Origin: Gemmatimonadota bacterium
GTDB taxonomy: Bacteria > Gemmatimonadota > Gemmatimonadetes > Gemmatimonadales > GWC2-71-9
DNA length: 64,000 bases
Reading direction: 5' to 3'
Assembly (NCBI GenBank): GCA_003222115.1
Contig: QHUL01000056.1
Location: 16,998-80,997, forward strand
Shown here: one piece after another, positions 40,874 through 48,951 of the stretch
How positions within the stretch are numbered: position 1 is the first letter of the stretch
How the letters are laid out: every line of letters starts with the position of its first letter
Notes under the pieces: model-generated
What the model was told of the DNA's origin: nothing
Seen by the model: only the letters and a program-made list of their open reading frames with translations
The model's database searches: none
Made by a program: the position numbers and the translations under genes

Positions 40874-41730
40874 TCTCCGGGCTGGCGCTCGTGGCGAAGC
40901 CGGCCGGGCCTACCTCGCACGACGTGGTGGACGCCGCCCGGCGCGCCTTGGGAACGAGACGGATCGGGCACCTCGGCACGCTCGATCCCTTCGCCGCGGG
41001 CCTCCTCGTCCTGGTCGTCGGGCGCGCCACGCGGCTCGCGCCGTTCGCCGCACGCTGGATGAAGTCCTACGCGGGCGTCATCCGGCTGGGGACGACGACC
41101 GCCACGGACGACGTCTCGGGCGAGGTAGTGGCGACTGCAGAGGCGTGGCGCACCCTCGACCGGGAGCGGGTCGCGGCGGTGCTCGCCGAGTTGCGGGGCG
41201 CGCGGCTGCAGCGGCCGCCCGCCTACTCGGCGGTCAAGGTCGCCGGCGAGCGCGCCTACCGGCGCGCGCGCCGGGGCGAGGCCGTGGACCTCGCTCCGCG
41301 GCCTGTCGAGGTGCGCGAACTGGAGCTCACGCGCTTCGAGCCTCCGGACGCGGGCTTCCGGGCGACGGTGAGCGCCGGCACCTACCTGCGGAGCCTCGCC
41401 CGCGAGGCCGGTGCCGCCCTGGGGTGTGGGGCGCACCTGGCGGCGCTCGTGCGAACCCGCGTCGGCCCCTTCCGGCTGGAGGATGCGGTGGGGCCGGACG
41501 CGGTGACACTCGCGGACCTGCGCGACCCGGCCACCCTCGTGGCCGATCTGCCGCGGCGGGAGCTCGACGCGGCCGAGCGCACGGCAGTGGTGCACGGGCG
41601 GCCCGTCGCACTCAAGGACTCCCCGGCGGTCGCGGGAAACGTGGCGCTGTTCGCGGGAGGGCAGCTGATCGCCGTGGCCGAGCGCGTGGGGGACGTGTTG
41701 AAACCCGGGGTCGTGGTGGCGGAGCCGTGA
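40870..41730 (+). CDS. truB: tRNA pseudouridine(55) synthase TruB; apparent CTG start
   Basis: GHLGTLDPFAAG catalytic motif. The conserved N-terminal strand LISGLALVAKPAGPTSHD lies upstream of the first canonical start (GTG 40891). CTG at 40870 overlaps the rbfA stop (CTGA). Confidence 0.8.
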   Translation: MISGLALVAKPAGPTSHDVVDAARRALGTRRIGHLGTLDPFAAGLLVLVVGRATRLAPFAARWMKSYAGVIRLGTTTATDDVSGEVVATAEAWRTLDRERVAAVLAELRGARLQRPPAYSAVKVAGERAYRRARRGEAVDLAPRPVEVRELELTRFEPPDAGFRATVSAGTYLRSLAREAGAALGCGAHLAALVRTRVGPFRLEDAVGPDAVTLADLRDPATLVADLPRRELDAAERTAVVHGRPVALKDSPAVAGNVALFAGGQLIAVAERVGDVLKPGVVVAEP

Positions 41731-42617
41731 CGGGCACCGTCGTCACCGTCGGTACGTTCGACGGGATCCACCGGGGCCACCAGGCGGTCGTGGCCGAGGT
41801 CGTGCGGAGGGCGCGGGAGGCAGGGCTCGAGGCGGTCCTCGTCACGTTCGACCCGCACCCGCTCGCGGTCGTGAATCCGGCGGCGGCGCCCCAGCTGCTC
41901 ACGCTGCCCGACGAGAAGCGGGAGCTCTTGGCGCGGACGGGGCTCGACCGGGTGGAGCTGTTGCCGTTCACACCGGAGCTCGCCCGGCTCGGGCCCGAGG
42001 AGTTCGTGCGCGACGTCCTGCGGGCGCGCTACGCGATGCACGCCCTGGTGCTCGGGTACGATCACGGCTTCGGCCGCAGCCGCTCGGGGGATGTCGAAGC
42101 GGTGCGCCGGATCGGGGCGCGCGACGGGTTCGGGGTGGACGTGGTGGACGCCGTGCGGGAGGACGGGCAGCCGATTTCCTCGACCGTGATCCGGGCGGCA
42201 GTGGCGCATGGCGACCTCGCCGCGGCCGAGCGTGGGCTGGGCCGGCCCCATAGCCTGCGCGGCGTGGTCGAGCGGGGAGTGGGGCGCGGCCGCACGATCG
42301 GGGTCCCGACGCTCAACCTGGCGCCGCCCGACCCCCGCAAGCTACTGCCTCCCGACGGGGTATATGCGGTGCGGGTGGAGTGGCGCGGAGAGCGGCTCGG
42401 CGGGATGATGAACCAGGGGCCGCGCCCCACGTTCGGGATCGCGGCACGGGCGCTCGAAATCCACCTGTTCGACTTTGCCGGCGACCTGTACGGCGAGTCG
42501 GTGAGAGTGGAGTGGGTGCGCCGCCTGCGCGACGTGCAGGCGTTTCCCTCCCGCGAGGCGCTCGTCCAGCAGCTCGAGCGCGACCGGGTGGCGGCGCGAC
42601 AGACCCTGAACCTCTGA
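41727..42617 (+). CDS. ribF: Bifunctional riboflavin kinase / FMN adenylyltransferase
   Basis: GTGA overlap. VGTFDGIHRGHQ and PTLN motifs. Confidence 0.9.
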   Translation: MTGTVVTVGTFDGIHRGHQAVVAEVVRRAREAGLEAVLVTFDPHPLAVVNPAAAPQLLTLPDEKRELLARTGLDRVELLPFTPELARLGPEEFVRDVLRARYAMHALVLGYDHGFGRSRSGDVEAVRRIGARDGFGVDVVDAVREDGQPISSTVIRAAVAHGDLAAAERGLGRPHSLRGVVERGVGRGRTIGVPTLNLAPPDPRKLLPPDGVYAVRVEWRGERLGGMMNQGPRPTFGIAARALEIHLFDFAGDLYGESVRVEWVRRLRDVQAFPSREALVQQLERDRVAARQTLNL

Positions 42618-42626
42618 GAGAGGCGC

Positions 42627-44273
42627 ATGCGCTCGCTTCGTTGGCGTTTGATCTGGATCGCCCTCGCCACCGCGTTCGCCGTGATCGCGCTGGTCCCCCG
42701 CAACACCACTCAGCGGGTGCTGGACCAGAAGACCGGCCGCATGAAGGACACCACCGTGCGGCGCGTGCCCATCAACCTCGGCCTCGACCTGCAGGGCGGC
42801 ATCCACCTCGCCCTCGAGGTGGATCAGTCGCGGGGCCCGGTGCCCGACCCGGCCGAGGCGATCCGCCGCGCCGAGCGCGTGGTGCGGACGCGGATCGACC
42901 AGTTCGGCACGACCGAGCCGGTCGTGCAGGTGGTGGGCGGGAACCGCCTGATCGTGGAGCTGCCGGGCGAGAAGGATCCCGAGCGAGCCAAGCACGTCAT
43001 TCAGCAGACGGCCTTCCTCGAGTTCCGTATCACGGACATGCAGAGCAAGTTTCGCGACGCGATCCCCGCGATCGACGGCGCGCTCCGCGCGGCGGGGGTG
43101 CAAGCGCCGGGCAACGCGCCCGTGTCCGCCGTGTCGCAGCTGTTCGGCGCCGATACGGCCAAGCAGAAGAAGCAGGGCGCGAAGCAGAAGCAGCGGCCCG
43201 ACACCGCTGGTCTCAATGCGCCGGGACCGCTGTCCTCGCTGCTGTATCAGGGCGCGCTCCCGGGCGAATACCTCGTCCCCGTGGAGCAGGTGCCGGTGGC
43301 CGAGAGCTTGCTCGCGCGTCCCGAGGTGCAGCGGCTGATGCCGCGCGGCCTCGAGCTCAAGTGGGGCACGCAGGACATCTCGCGCGGCGCGCGCTCGTTC
43401 CAGTCGCTGTACGCGGTCGAGGACCGGCCCATCATCACGGGGGATGAGCTCGAGAAGGCGACCGCGCGGCGCGACCAGCTCACGAACCAATCGGTGGTGG
43501 ACTTCGTGCTCTCCCGGCGCGGCGGCCGCACGTTCGAGCGCGAGACGGGCCGGCACGTGAACGACTACATGGCGATCATCCTCGACGGGCGGGTACAGGG
43601 GCAGCCCCCGATCATCAAGAGCCAGATCGGCCAACGGGGTCAGATCGAGCTGGGCGCGAAGGCGCTCCAGGAAGCCCAGGACCTTGCGCTGGTGCTGCGC
43701 GCCGGGGCCCTGCCGGCGCCGCTCACGATCGTGGAAGAGCGGACCATCGGCCCGTCACTGGGGCGGGACTCGATTGCCGACGGCGTCAGGGCTGGCATCG
43801 TGGGCGTGGCCCTGGTCGTCCTGATCATGGTGATCTACTACCGCCTCTCCGGGGCGCTCGCCGTGGCCGCGCTGACGTTCTACGTGCTCCTGACGTTGGG
43901 CGGGCTGGCCGCCTTCGGCTTCACGCTGACCCTGCCGGGGCTCGCCGGGCTGGTTCTGTCGGTGGGCATCGCCGTGGACGCGAACGTGCTGATCTTCGAG
44001 CGCATCCGCGAGGAGCTGCAGCACGGCAAGCTGATCCGCACCGCCGTGGACGAGGGCTTCAAACACGCGATGAGCGCGATCATCGACTCCAATGTGAGCA
44101 CGGCGCTCACGGCGGCCATCCTCTACCTCGTTGGGACGGGCCCGGTGCAGGGCTTCGCCATCACCCTGATCATCGGCATCATCGCCTCCATGTTCACCGC
44201 CATCTTCGTGGTGCGCACCTTCTACATGATCTGGCTGCAGCGGCGGCCGGACATGGCCACCCTGAGCGTCTGA
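42627..44273 (+). CDS. secD: Protein translocase subunit SecD
   Basis: Typical SecD periplasmic domain and C-terminal 6-TM region. Confidence 0.92.
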   Translation: MRSLRWRLIWIALATAFAVIALVPRNTTQRVLDQKTGRMKDTTVRRVPINLGLDLQGGIHLALEVDQSRGPVPDPAEAIRRAERVVRTRIDQFGTTEPVVQVVGGNRLIVELPGEKDPERAKHVIQQTAFLEFRITDMQSKFRDAIPAIDGALRAAGVQAPGNAPVSAVSQLFGADTAKQKKQGAKQKQRPDTAGLNAPGPLSSLLYQGALPGEYLVPVEQVPVAESLLARPEVQRLMPRGLELKWGTQDISRGARSFQSLYAVEDRPIITGDELEKATARRDQLTNQSVVDFVLSRRGGRTFERETGRHVNDYMAIILDGRVQGQPPIIKSQIGQRGQIELGAKALQEAQDLALVLRAGALPAPLTIVEERTIGPSLGRDSIADGVRAGIVGVALVVLIMVIYYRLSGALAVAALTFYVLLTLGGLAAFGFTLTLPGLAGLVLSVGIAVDANVLIFERIREELQHGKLIRTAVDEGFKHAMSAIIDSNVSTALTAAILYLVGTGPVQGFAITLIIGIIASMFTAIFVVRTFYMIWLQRRPDMATLSV

Positions 44274-45301
44274 TGATCCGACTCTTCGCGAACGCGAACT
44301 ACGACTTCATCAAGTGGCGCCGCTGGGCCATCGGCCTCACCCTGGCCTTCATCGTCCCGGGGTACGCGCTCTTCTTCGTGCGCGGCCTCAATTACTCGAT
44401 CGAGTTCACGGGCGGCACGCTGATCCAGGTCACGGCCGCGCAGCCGGTCGGCACCGGCAAGATCCGCAGCGCGCTCGACGCCGCGGGGGTCCACGACGCC
44501 GAGATCCAGCAGTTCGGGGCAGCCAACGAGTACGTGATCCGGGCGCGGCTCGGCGCGGGCGGCGTGACCGCCGAAGGCAGCACGCAGGCTACGGCGCAGG
44601 CCGTGGATTCGGCGCTCGCGCGCGGCCTGGGTGCGGACCAGTACAGGATCGTCCGCACCGAGGCGGTCGGCCCGAAGGTGGGCCGCGAGCTGCAGGGCAA
44701 GGCGTTCCTCGCGATCTTTTTCTCGTTCATCGTCACGCTCGTCTACCTGGCGATCCGGTTCGAGTGGCGTTTCGGACTCGCCGCCGTGCTCGCGACGTTC
44801 CACGATATCCTCAGTACGATCGCCTTCATTCACTACCTGAATCTCGAGGTGAGCCTCGTCGTGGTGGGCGCGGTGTTGACCATGGTGGGGTACTCGCTCA
44901 ACGACACGATCATCATCTTCGACCGCGTGCGGGAGAACCTGCGCAAGTTCCGGCGGCAGAACCTGTACGAGATCCTGAACCTCTCGATCAACGAGACGCT
45001 GCCCCGCTCGGTGCTGACCCACGGCACGACGATGGCGACGACGCTCGCCATCGTGTTCCTCGCCGGCGAGGTGCTGCGGCCGTTCGCGCTCGTGATGACG
45101 TTCGCGATTTTCACGGGGACGTTCTCGTCCGTCTACATCGCGGCGCCGATCCTGATGTACATCGAGAAGCGCTGGCCGGGCGAGGACGCGCGCGGCGCCC
45201 GCCAGTTCCGTCCCGGAGCGGCCCCCGCCTCCCCCGCCTCCCCCGCCCCCGGCGCGCCGCCGCGGGCCCCACAGCCCCCGCAGCCCCAGACGATGCGGTA
45301 G
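44273..45301 (+). CDS. secF: Protein translocase subunit SecF, with a Pro/Ala-rich C-terminal tail
   Basis: TGATG 1-nt overlap with secD. GYSLNDTIIIFDRVREN motif. Confidence 0.92.
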   Translation: MIRLFANANYDFIKWRRWAIGLTLAFIVPGYALFFVRGLNYSIEFTGGTLIQVTAAQPVGTGKIRSALDAAGVHDAEIQQFGAANEYVIRARLGAGGVTAEGSTQATAQAVDSALARGLGADQYRIVRTEAVGPKVGRELQGKAFLAIFFSFIVTLVYLAIRFEWRFGLAAVLATFHDILSTIAFIHYLNLEVSLVVVGAVLTMVGYSLNDTIIIFDRVRENLRKFRRQNLYEILNLSINETLPRSVLTHGTTMATTLAIVFLAGEVLRPFALVMTFAIFTGTFSSVYIAAPILMYIEKRWPGEDARGARQFRPGAAPASPASPAPGAPPRAPQPPQPQTMR

Positions 45302-46072
45302 GTGCTGGTCGACGCCCACTGCCACCTCGGCGATGCGGCGTTCGACCGCGACCGGGACGCCGTGCTCGTGCGTGCCCGGGCCGCGGGCGTGGGGCACGTC
45401 GTGGTGATCGGCGGGACGGTGGAGGAGTCGGAGCGGGCGACCGCGCTCGCCCGCGGCGGGCCCGGTCTCTCGGCCACCGCCGGTGTGCATCCCCACGAGG
45501 CGCGGTCCTGGTCGCCGGAAGCGGCGTCCCGCCTGAAGGCGCTGCTCGCCCTACCTGAAGTGGTGGCTGTGGGCGAGACGGGGCTCGATTACCATTACGA
45601 CCATTCGCCGCGCCACGCGCAGCGACGTGCCTTCGAGGCGCAGCTCGCGCTCGGGGCTGAGCTCGGCAAGCCCGTCGTCGTGCACGCCCGCGAGGCGGAC
45701 GACGACGTCGCCGCGATGCTCGCCACGGCGCGTGCCGCGGTGGTGCTGCACTCGTTCAGCTCGGGACCCCAGGTCTTCGCAGCGGGGATGGGGATCGGCG
45801 CGTACTTTTCCTTCTCCGGCATGATCACGTTCAGGAACTGGGGTGCCGCGGTGGCCCTAACCGACTATCCGCCTGACCGCCTCTTGGTCGAGACGGACGC
45901 CCCGTACCTCGCGCCCGTGCCGCACCGCGGTATGCGCAACGAGCCTGCATTCGTGCGCGAGGTCGCGGTCGCGCTCGCCCGCATGCGCGGGGAGGCGCTC
46001 GACACCCTCGGGCAACGGACCACGGAAAACGCGCACCGGCTCTTCGGATCGCGCGTCGCCTCCACGCTCTAG
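45302..46072 (+). CDS. tatD: TatD-family metal-dependent hydrolase
   Basis: VDAHCHLGD, GETGLDYHY and LVETDAPYLAP motifs. Confidence 0.88.
   Translation: MLVDAHCHLGDAAFDRDRDAVLVRARAAGVGHVVVIGGTVEESERATALARGGPGLSATAGVHPHEARSWSPEAASRLKALLALPEVVAVGETGLDYHYDHSPRHAQRRAFEAQLALGAELGKPVVVHAREADDDVAAMLATARAAVVLHSFSSGPQVFAAGMGIGAYFSFSGMITFRNWGAAVALTDYPPDRLLVETDAPYLAPVPHRGMRNEPAFVREVAVALARMRGEALDTLGQRTTENAHRLFGSRVASTL
45857..45880 (+). repeat. Single arm of the octamer array (ctaaccga ctatccgc ctgaccgc) inside tatD coding sequence
   Basis: Three in-phase CTNNCCGN octamers matching arm 2 of the elements at 34622 and 59468. No inverted partner lies nearby. Confidence 0.35.
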
Positions 46073-46085
46073 CCCGAGAGGACCC

Positions 46086-47768
46086 GTGACCACGACGGCC
46101 AAGGTTCCCACCGACATCGCCATCGCCCAGGCGGCGAAGCTGCGCCCCATCGCCGACATCGCCGCGGAGCTGGGCCTCGCCGAGGACGAGGTCGAGTTGT
46201 ACGGGAGATACAAGGCGAAGGTACGGCTCGGGGCGCTGGCGCAGCGCAAGCCGCGGGGACGCCTCGTGCTCGTCACCGGCATCAATCCCACGCCCGCCGG
46301 CGAGGGGAAGTCCACCGTCACGGTGGGCGTGACGCAGGCGTTCCGCCGGCTCGGCAAGAACGCGGCGCTCTGCATCCGCGAGCCCTCGCTCGGGCCCGTA
46401 TTCGGCGTGAAGGGCGGGGCCTGCGGCGGCGGCTACGCGCAGGTCGTGCCGATGGAGGACATCAACCTCCACTTTACGGGCGACTTCCACGCCATCGCGA
46501 GCGCCCACAACCTGCTCTCCGCGATGCTCGACGCACACGTGCATCACGGCAACGCTCACGGCCTCGACACGCGCCGCATCACCTGGCCGCGCACCATCGA
46601 CATGAACGACCGGGCGCTGCGCAGCATCATCGTCGGGCTGGGCGGGCTCAACGCGGGCCCGACACGCGAGGACCGCTTCGTGATCATTCCGGGCTCTGAG
46701 ATCATGGCGATCATGGCGCTCGCGAGCGGCCTCGACGACCTGGAGCAGCGCTGCGCGCGCGTCATCGTCGGCCTCACGCGGGACAAGGCGCCGGTCCGGG
46801 CGAGCGACCTCAAGGCCCAGGGCGCGATGACGCTGCTCCTGAAAGACGCCATCAACCCGAACCTGGTGCAGACGCTCGAAGGCGGGCCGGCCTTCATCCA
46901 CTGCGGCCCGTTCGGCAACATCGCCCACGGCTGCAATTCGGTGGTGGCGACGAAGCTCGCGCTGGCCCTGTGCGACGTCGTGCTCACCGAGGCGGGGTTC
47001 GGGGCGGACCTCGGGGCCGAGAAGTTCTTCGACATCAAGTGCCGCATGGCGGGCCTCAATCCCGAGGCAGCGATCGTGGTCGCGACGGTGCGCGCGCTGA
47101 AGCTGCACGGCGGCGTGAAGAAGGATCAGCTCGGCAAAGCGGACGTGGAGGCTGTGCGCCGCGGTGCGGCGAACCTGCGACGACACATCCGCAACGTAAA
47201 GCGGTTCGGCGTGCCCCTCGTGGTGGCGCTCAACCGCTTCGTCAGCGACAGCGACGCGGAGCTCGACGCCGTGCGGCGGGAGTGCGACGCCGAAGGCGCG
47301 GGCGTCGAGCTGTGCGAGGTGTGGGAGAAGGGCGGGGAAGGGGGCGTCGCGGTCGCCGAGGCGGTGCAGCAGCTGCTCGACGGGCGGCAGGCGCGCTTCA
47401 AGCCGCTGTACGACGTCCGGCGGCCCGTCCGCGAGAAGATCGAGACGATCGCCCGGGAGATCTACGGCGCGGACGGCGTGGACTTCGCCGCCGCCGCCGA
47501 GCGGGCGCTGGAGCAGCTTCCGGCGCTCGGCCTGGGCGAGACTCCCGTGTGCATGGCCAAGACCCAGTACTCCTTCAGCGACGATCCGGGCAAGCTGGGT
47601 GCCCCGACGGGCTTCCGCGTCCTGATCCGCGACATCCTGCCCTCGGCGGGCGCCGGCTTCGTCGTGCCCCTCGCCGGCGACATCATGACGATGCCGGGGC
47701 TGTCGAAGGCGCCCGCCGCCGAGAAGATTCGAGTCCACCCCGACGGGACGATCGAGGGACTGTTCTGA
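46086..47768 (+). CDS. fhs: Formate--tetrahydrofolate ligase
   Basis: GINPTPAGEGKSTVTVG and full-length FTHFS similarity. Confidence 0.95.
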   Translation: MTTTAKVPTDIAIAQAAKLRPIADIAAELGLAEDEVELYGRYKAKVRLGALAQRKPRGRLVLVTGINPTPAGEGKSTVTVGVTQAFRRLGKNAALCIREPSLGPVFGVKGGACGGGYAQVVPMEDINLHFTGDFHAIASAHNLLSAMLDAHVHHGNAHGLDTRRITWPRTIDMNDRALRSIIVGLGGLNAGPTREDRFVIIPGSEIMAIMALASGLDDLEQRCARVIVGLTRDKAPVRASDLKAQGAMTLLLKDAINPNLVQTLEGGPAFIHCGPFGNIAHGCNSVVATKLALALCDVVLTEAGFGADLGAEKFFDIKCRMAGLNPEAAIVVATVRALKLHGGVKKDQLGKADVEAVRRGAANLRRHIRNVKRFGVPLVVALNRFVSDSDAELDAVRRECDAEGAGVELCEVWEKGGEGGVAVAEAVQQLLDGRQARFKPLYDVRRPVREKIETIAREIYGADGVDFAAAAERALEQLPALGLGETPVCMAKTQYSFSDDPGKLGAPTGFRVLIRDILPSAGAGFVVPLAGDIMTMPGLSKAPAAEKIRVHPDGTIEGLF

Positions 47769-48163
47769 TGCGCAAGACCAAAGGCCTGGGCATCGTGGCG
47801 ACCGACGCCGCGCCCCAGGCGATCGGCCCCTACAGCCAAGCCGTCACGACCGATGGGATGATCTACACGGCGGGGCAGATCCCGATCGATCCCGGCACGG
47901 GCCAGGTGGTGGGGAAGACCACCGCCGAGCAGACGGACCAGGTGATGAAGAACCTGCGGGCGATCCTCGAGGCCGCGGGCTCCGCGCTCGACAACGTCGT
48001 CAAGACGACCGTATATCTCGTCGACATGGCCGACTTCCCGCAGATGAACGACGTGTACGCGAAGCACTTCGGGAGGCACAAGCCGGCGCGTTCGACGGTG
48101 CAGGCCGCCGCGCTGCCGAAAGGCGTGCGCGTCGAGATCGACGCGATCGCGCTGCGCGGCTAG
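47768..48163 (+). CDS. ridA: RidA/YjgF family reactive-intermediate deaminase
   Basis: TGATG overlap with fhs. AIGPYSQAV and ARSTVQAAALPKGVRVEIDAIA motifs. Confidence 0.88.
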   Translation: MRKTKGLGIVATDAAPQAIGPYSQAVTTDGMIYTAGQIPIDPGTGQVVGKTTAEQTDQVMKNLRAILEAAGSALDNVVKTTVYLVDMADFPQMNDVYAKHFGRHKPARSTVQAAALPKGVRVEIDAIALRG

Positions 48164-48220
48164 GGGCGCGCCCCCGTACTGCGTTGGCGGGCATGGAGAT
48201 GACGGGGCCGCCGCCGTTTC

Positions 48221-48262
48221 TGTCACGCTGATTTCACGCTGCCGCCGGAGATTGCTTCCGGA
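48221..48262 (+). promoter_or_regulatory. Promoter block P1: direct 8-mer repeat TCACGCTG-N3-TCACGCTG (11-bp period) followed by GAGATT
   Basis: Boxes at 48223-48230 and 48234-48241. GAGATT at 48248-48253. The whole 42-nt block recurs at 48700-48741 (41/42 identical). Confidence 0.5.
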
Positions 48263-48301
48263 TGTCGGGCCTCACCGTGTGACATCGAACCAGGAGGCAG
48301 C

Positions 48302-48451
48302 ATGCCCACCGGAAAGCGCATCAGCCTGAAGCTGACCCCGCAGCAGAAGGAAGAGATCATGAAGGCGACGGGGAAGAAGGCCGAAGAGCTCCAGTTCACC
48401 GTCGAGGAGCTGGAAGAGCGGATCGCGCCACTCAGGACGTACAAGTTCTAG
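48302..48451 (+). CDS. Small acidic Lys/Glu-rich peptide, 49 aa (copy 1); family not recognised
   Basis: Strong SD AGGAGG at 48292-48297, 4 nt before the ATG. MPTGKRISLKLTPQQKEEIMKATGKKAEELQFTVEELEERIAPLRTYKF. Good GC3 bias. Too short for the ORF track. Confidence 0.65.
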   Translation: MPTGKRISLKLTPQQKEEIMKATGKKAEELQFTVEELEERIAPLRTYKF

Positions 48452-48505
48452 CTTGCGAGAGCCTCGCCCCGGTGGTGTCGCTGTATCGACCCTGCGATCC
48501 GAGCC

Positions 48506-48688
48506 GTGGTGGGCGACGACGCTCCGGAGCAGGAGGGCCCGCTGCTCGATCGCATCGTGGTGGAGGTGATCTACACGTTCTCGCGGGCGATCGAGCACAC
48601 GCCCGCGTTCCTGCACGAGGTACACAAGGTGTTGCGGCGAAACGGGATCCGGCGGCTGGATCACGCCGTGCAGCTGCTCACGTTCTGA
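48506..48688 (+). CDS. Hypothetical small protein (60 aa or fewer) between the two peptide copies
   Basis: Protein-like composition (LLDRIVVEVIYTFSRAIEHTPAFLHEVHKVLRRNGIRRLDHAVQLLTF) and nearly all G/C at third codon positions. Start uncertain. Confidence 0.4.
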   Translation: MVGDDAPEQEGPLLDRIVVEVIYTFSRAIEHTPAFLHEVHKVLRRNGIRRLDHAVQLLTF

Positions 48689-48699
48689 GGCGAACGCCG

Positions 48700-48741
48700 T
48701 GTCACGGTGATTTCACGCTGCCGCCGGAGATTGCTTCCGGA
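48700..48741 (+). promoter_or_regulatory. Promoter block P2: second copy of the direct-repeat block (TCACGGTG-N3-TCACGCTG, then GAGATT)
   Basis: Boxes at 48702-48709 and 48713-48720. GAGATT at 48727-48732. Confidence 0.45.
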
Positions 48742-48775
48742 CCTGAAGCTGACCCCGCAGCAGAAGGAAGAGATC

Positions 48776-48880
48776 ATGAAGGCGACGGGGAAGAATGCCG
48801 AGGAGCTGGAGTTCGGCGTCGAGGAGCTGGAAGAGCGGATCGCGCCCCTCAAGTTTGGGGCGAGCGGCGGTCTGCAGTAA
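48776..48880 (+). CDS. Second, 5'-truncated copy of the small acidic peptide (34 aa from the internal Met; the frame is open from 48689)
   Basis: The stretch from 48742 onward is about 93% identical to 48325-48436, but 62 nt carrying the SD and ATG of copy 1 are missing. The retained ATG at 48776 is preceded by aaggaag. The tail diverges (APLKFGASGGLQ versus APLRTYKF). Confidence 0.4.
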   Translation: MKATGKNAEELEFGVEELEERIAPLKFGASGGLQ

Positions 48881-48907
48881 CCGCTGCGCGCGGCCTCGCG
48901 CGCGCCA

Positions 48908-48951
48908 CGCCGGTGATGCGGCCTCCCGGGCCCGTCGCCGGCGGTTTTTTT
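48908..48951 (+). terminator. Intrinsic terminator of the peptide cassette
   Basis: Stem cgccggtga (48908-48916) pairs with tcgccggcg (48935-48943) around an inner GC hairpin. T7 follows at 48945-48951 and overlaps the stop of the convergent regulator gene. Confidence 0.6.

Noticed and set aside
45857-45880. Octamer array arm inside tatD as evidence that the repeat element has inserted into a coding gene.
   Set aside because: Kept only as a low-confidence feature. The downstream part (DRLLVETDAPY) is a conserved TatD motif and no inverted partner is present. Chance resemblance of three GC-rich octamers cannot be excluded without genome-wide counts.
48272-48664. The 130-aa minus-strand ORF (48272-48664), and the 73-aa and 63-aa minus-strand ORFs antisense to the peptide genes.
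   Set aside because: They mirror the plus-strand peptide and small-ORF frames. They have low-complexity Leu/Arg/Asp composition, no ribosome-binding site, and would run against the promoter/terminator logic of the cassette.
48302-48880. Peptide copy 1, the middle small ORF and peptide copy 2 all lie in the same reading frame, separated only by TAG (48449) and TGA (48686). With a tRNA-Sec gene 9 kb away, this raised the idea of stop-codon read-through or selenocysteine insertion producing one longer protein.
   Set aside because: The duplication offset (417 nt) being a multiple of three, plus one more frame coincidence, has roughly a 1-in-9 chance. I see no convincing SECIS-like hairpin in the 40 nt after the TGA at 48686. 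The TAG cannot be read by tRNA-Sec. The second promoter block sits inside the supposed read-through region.
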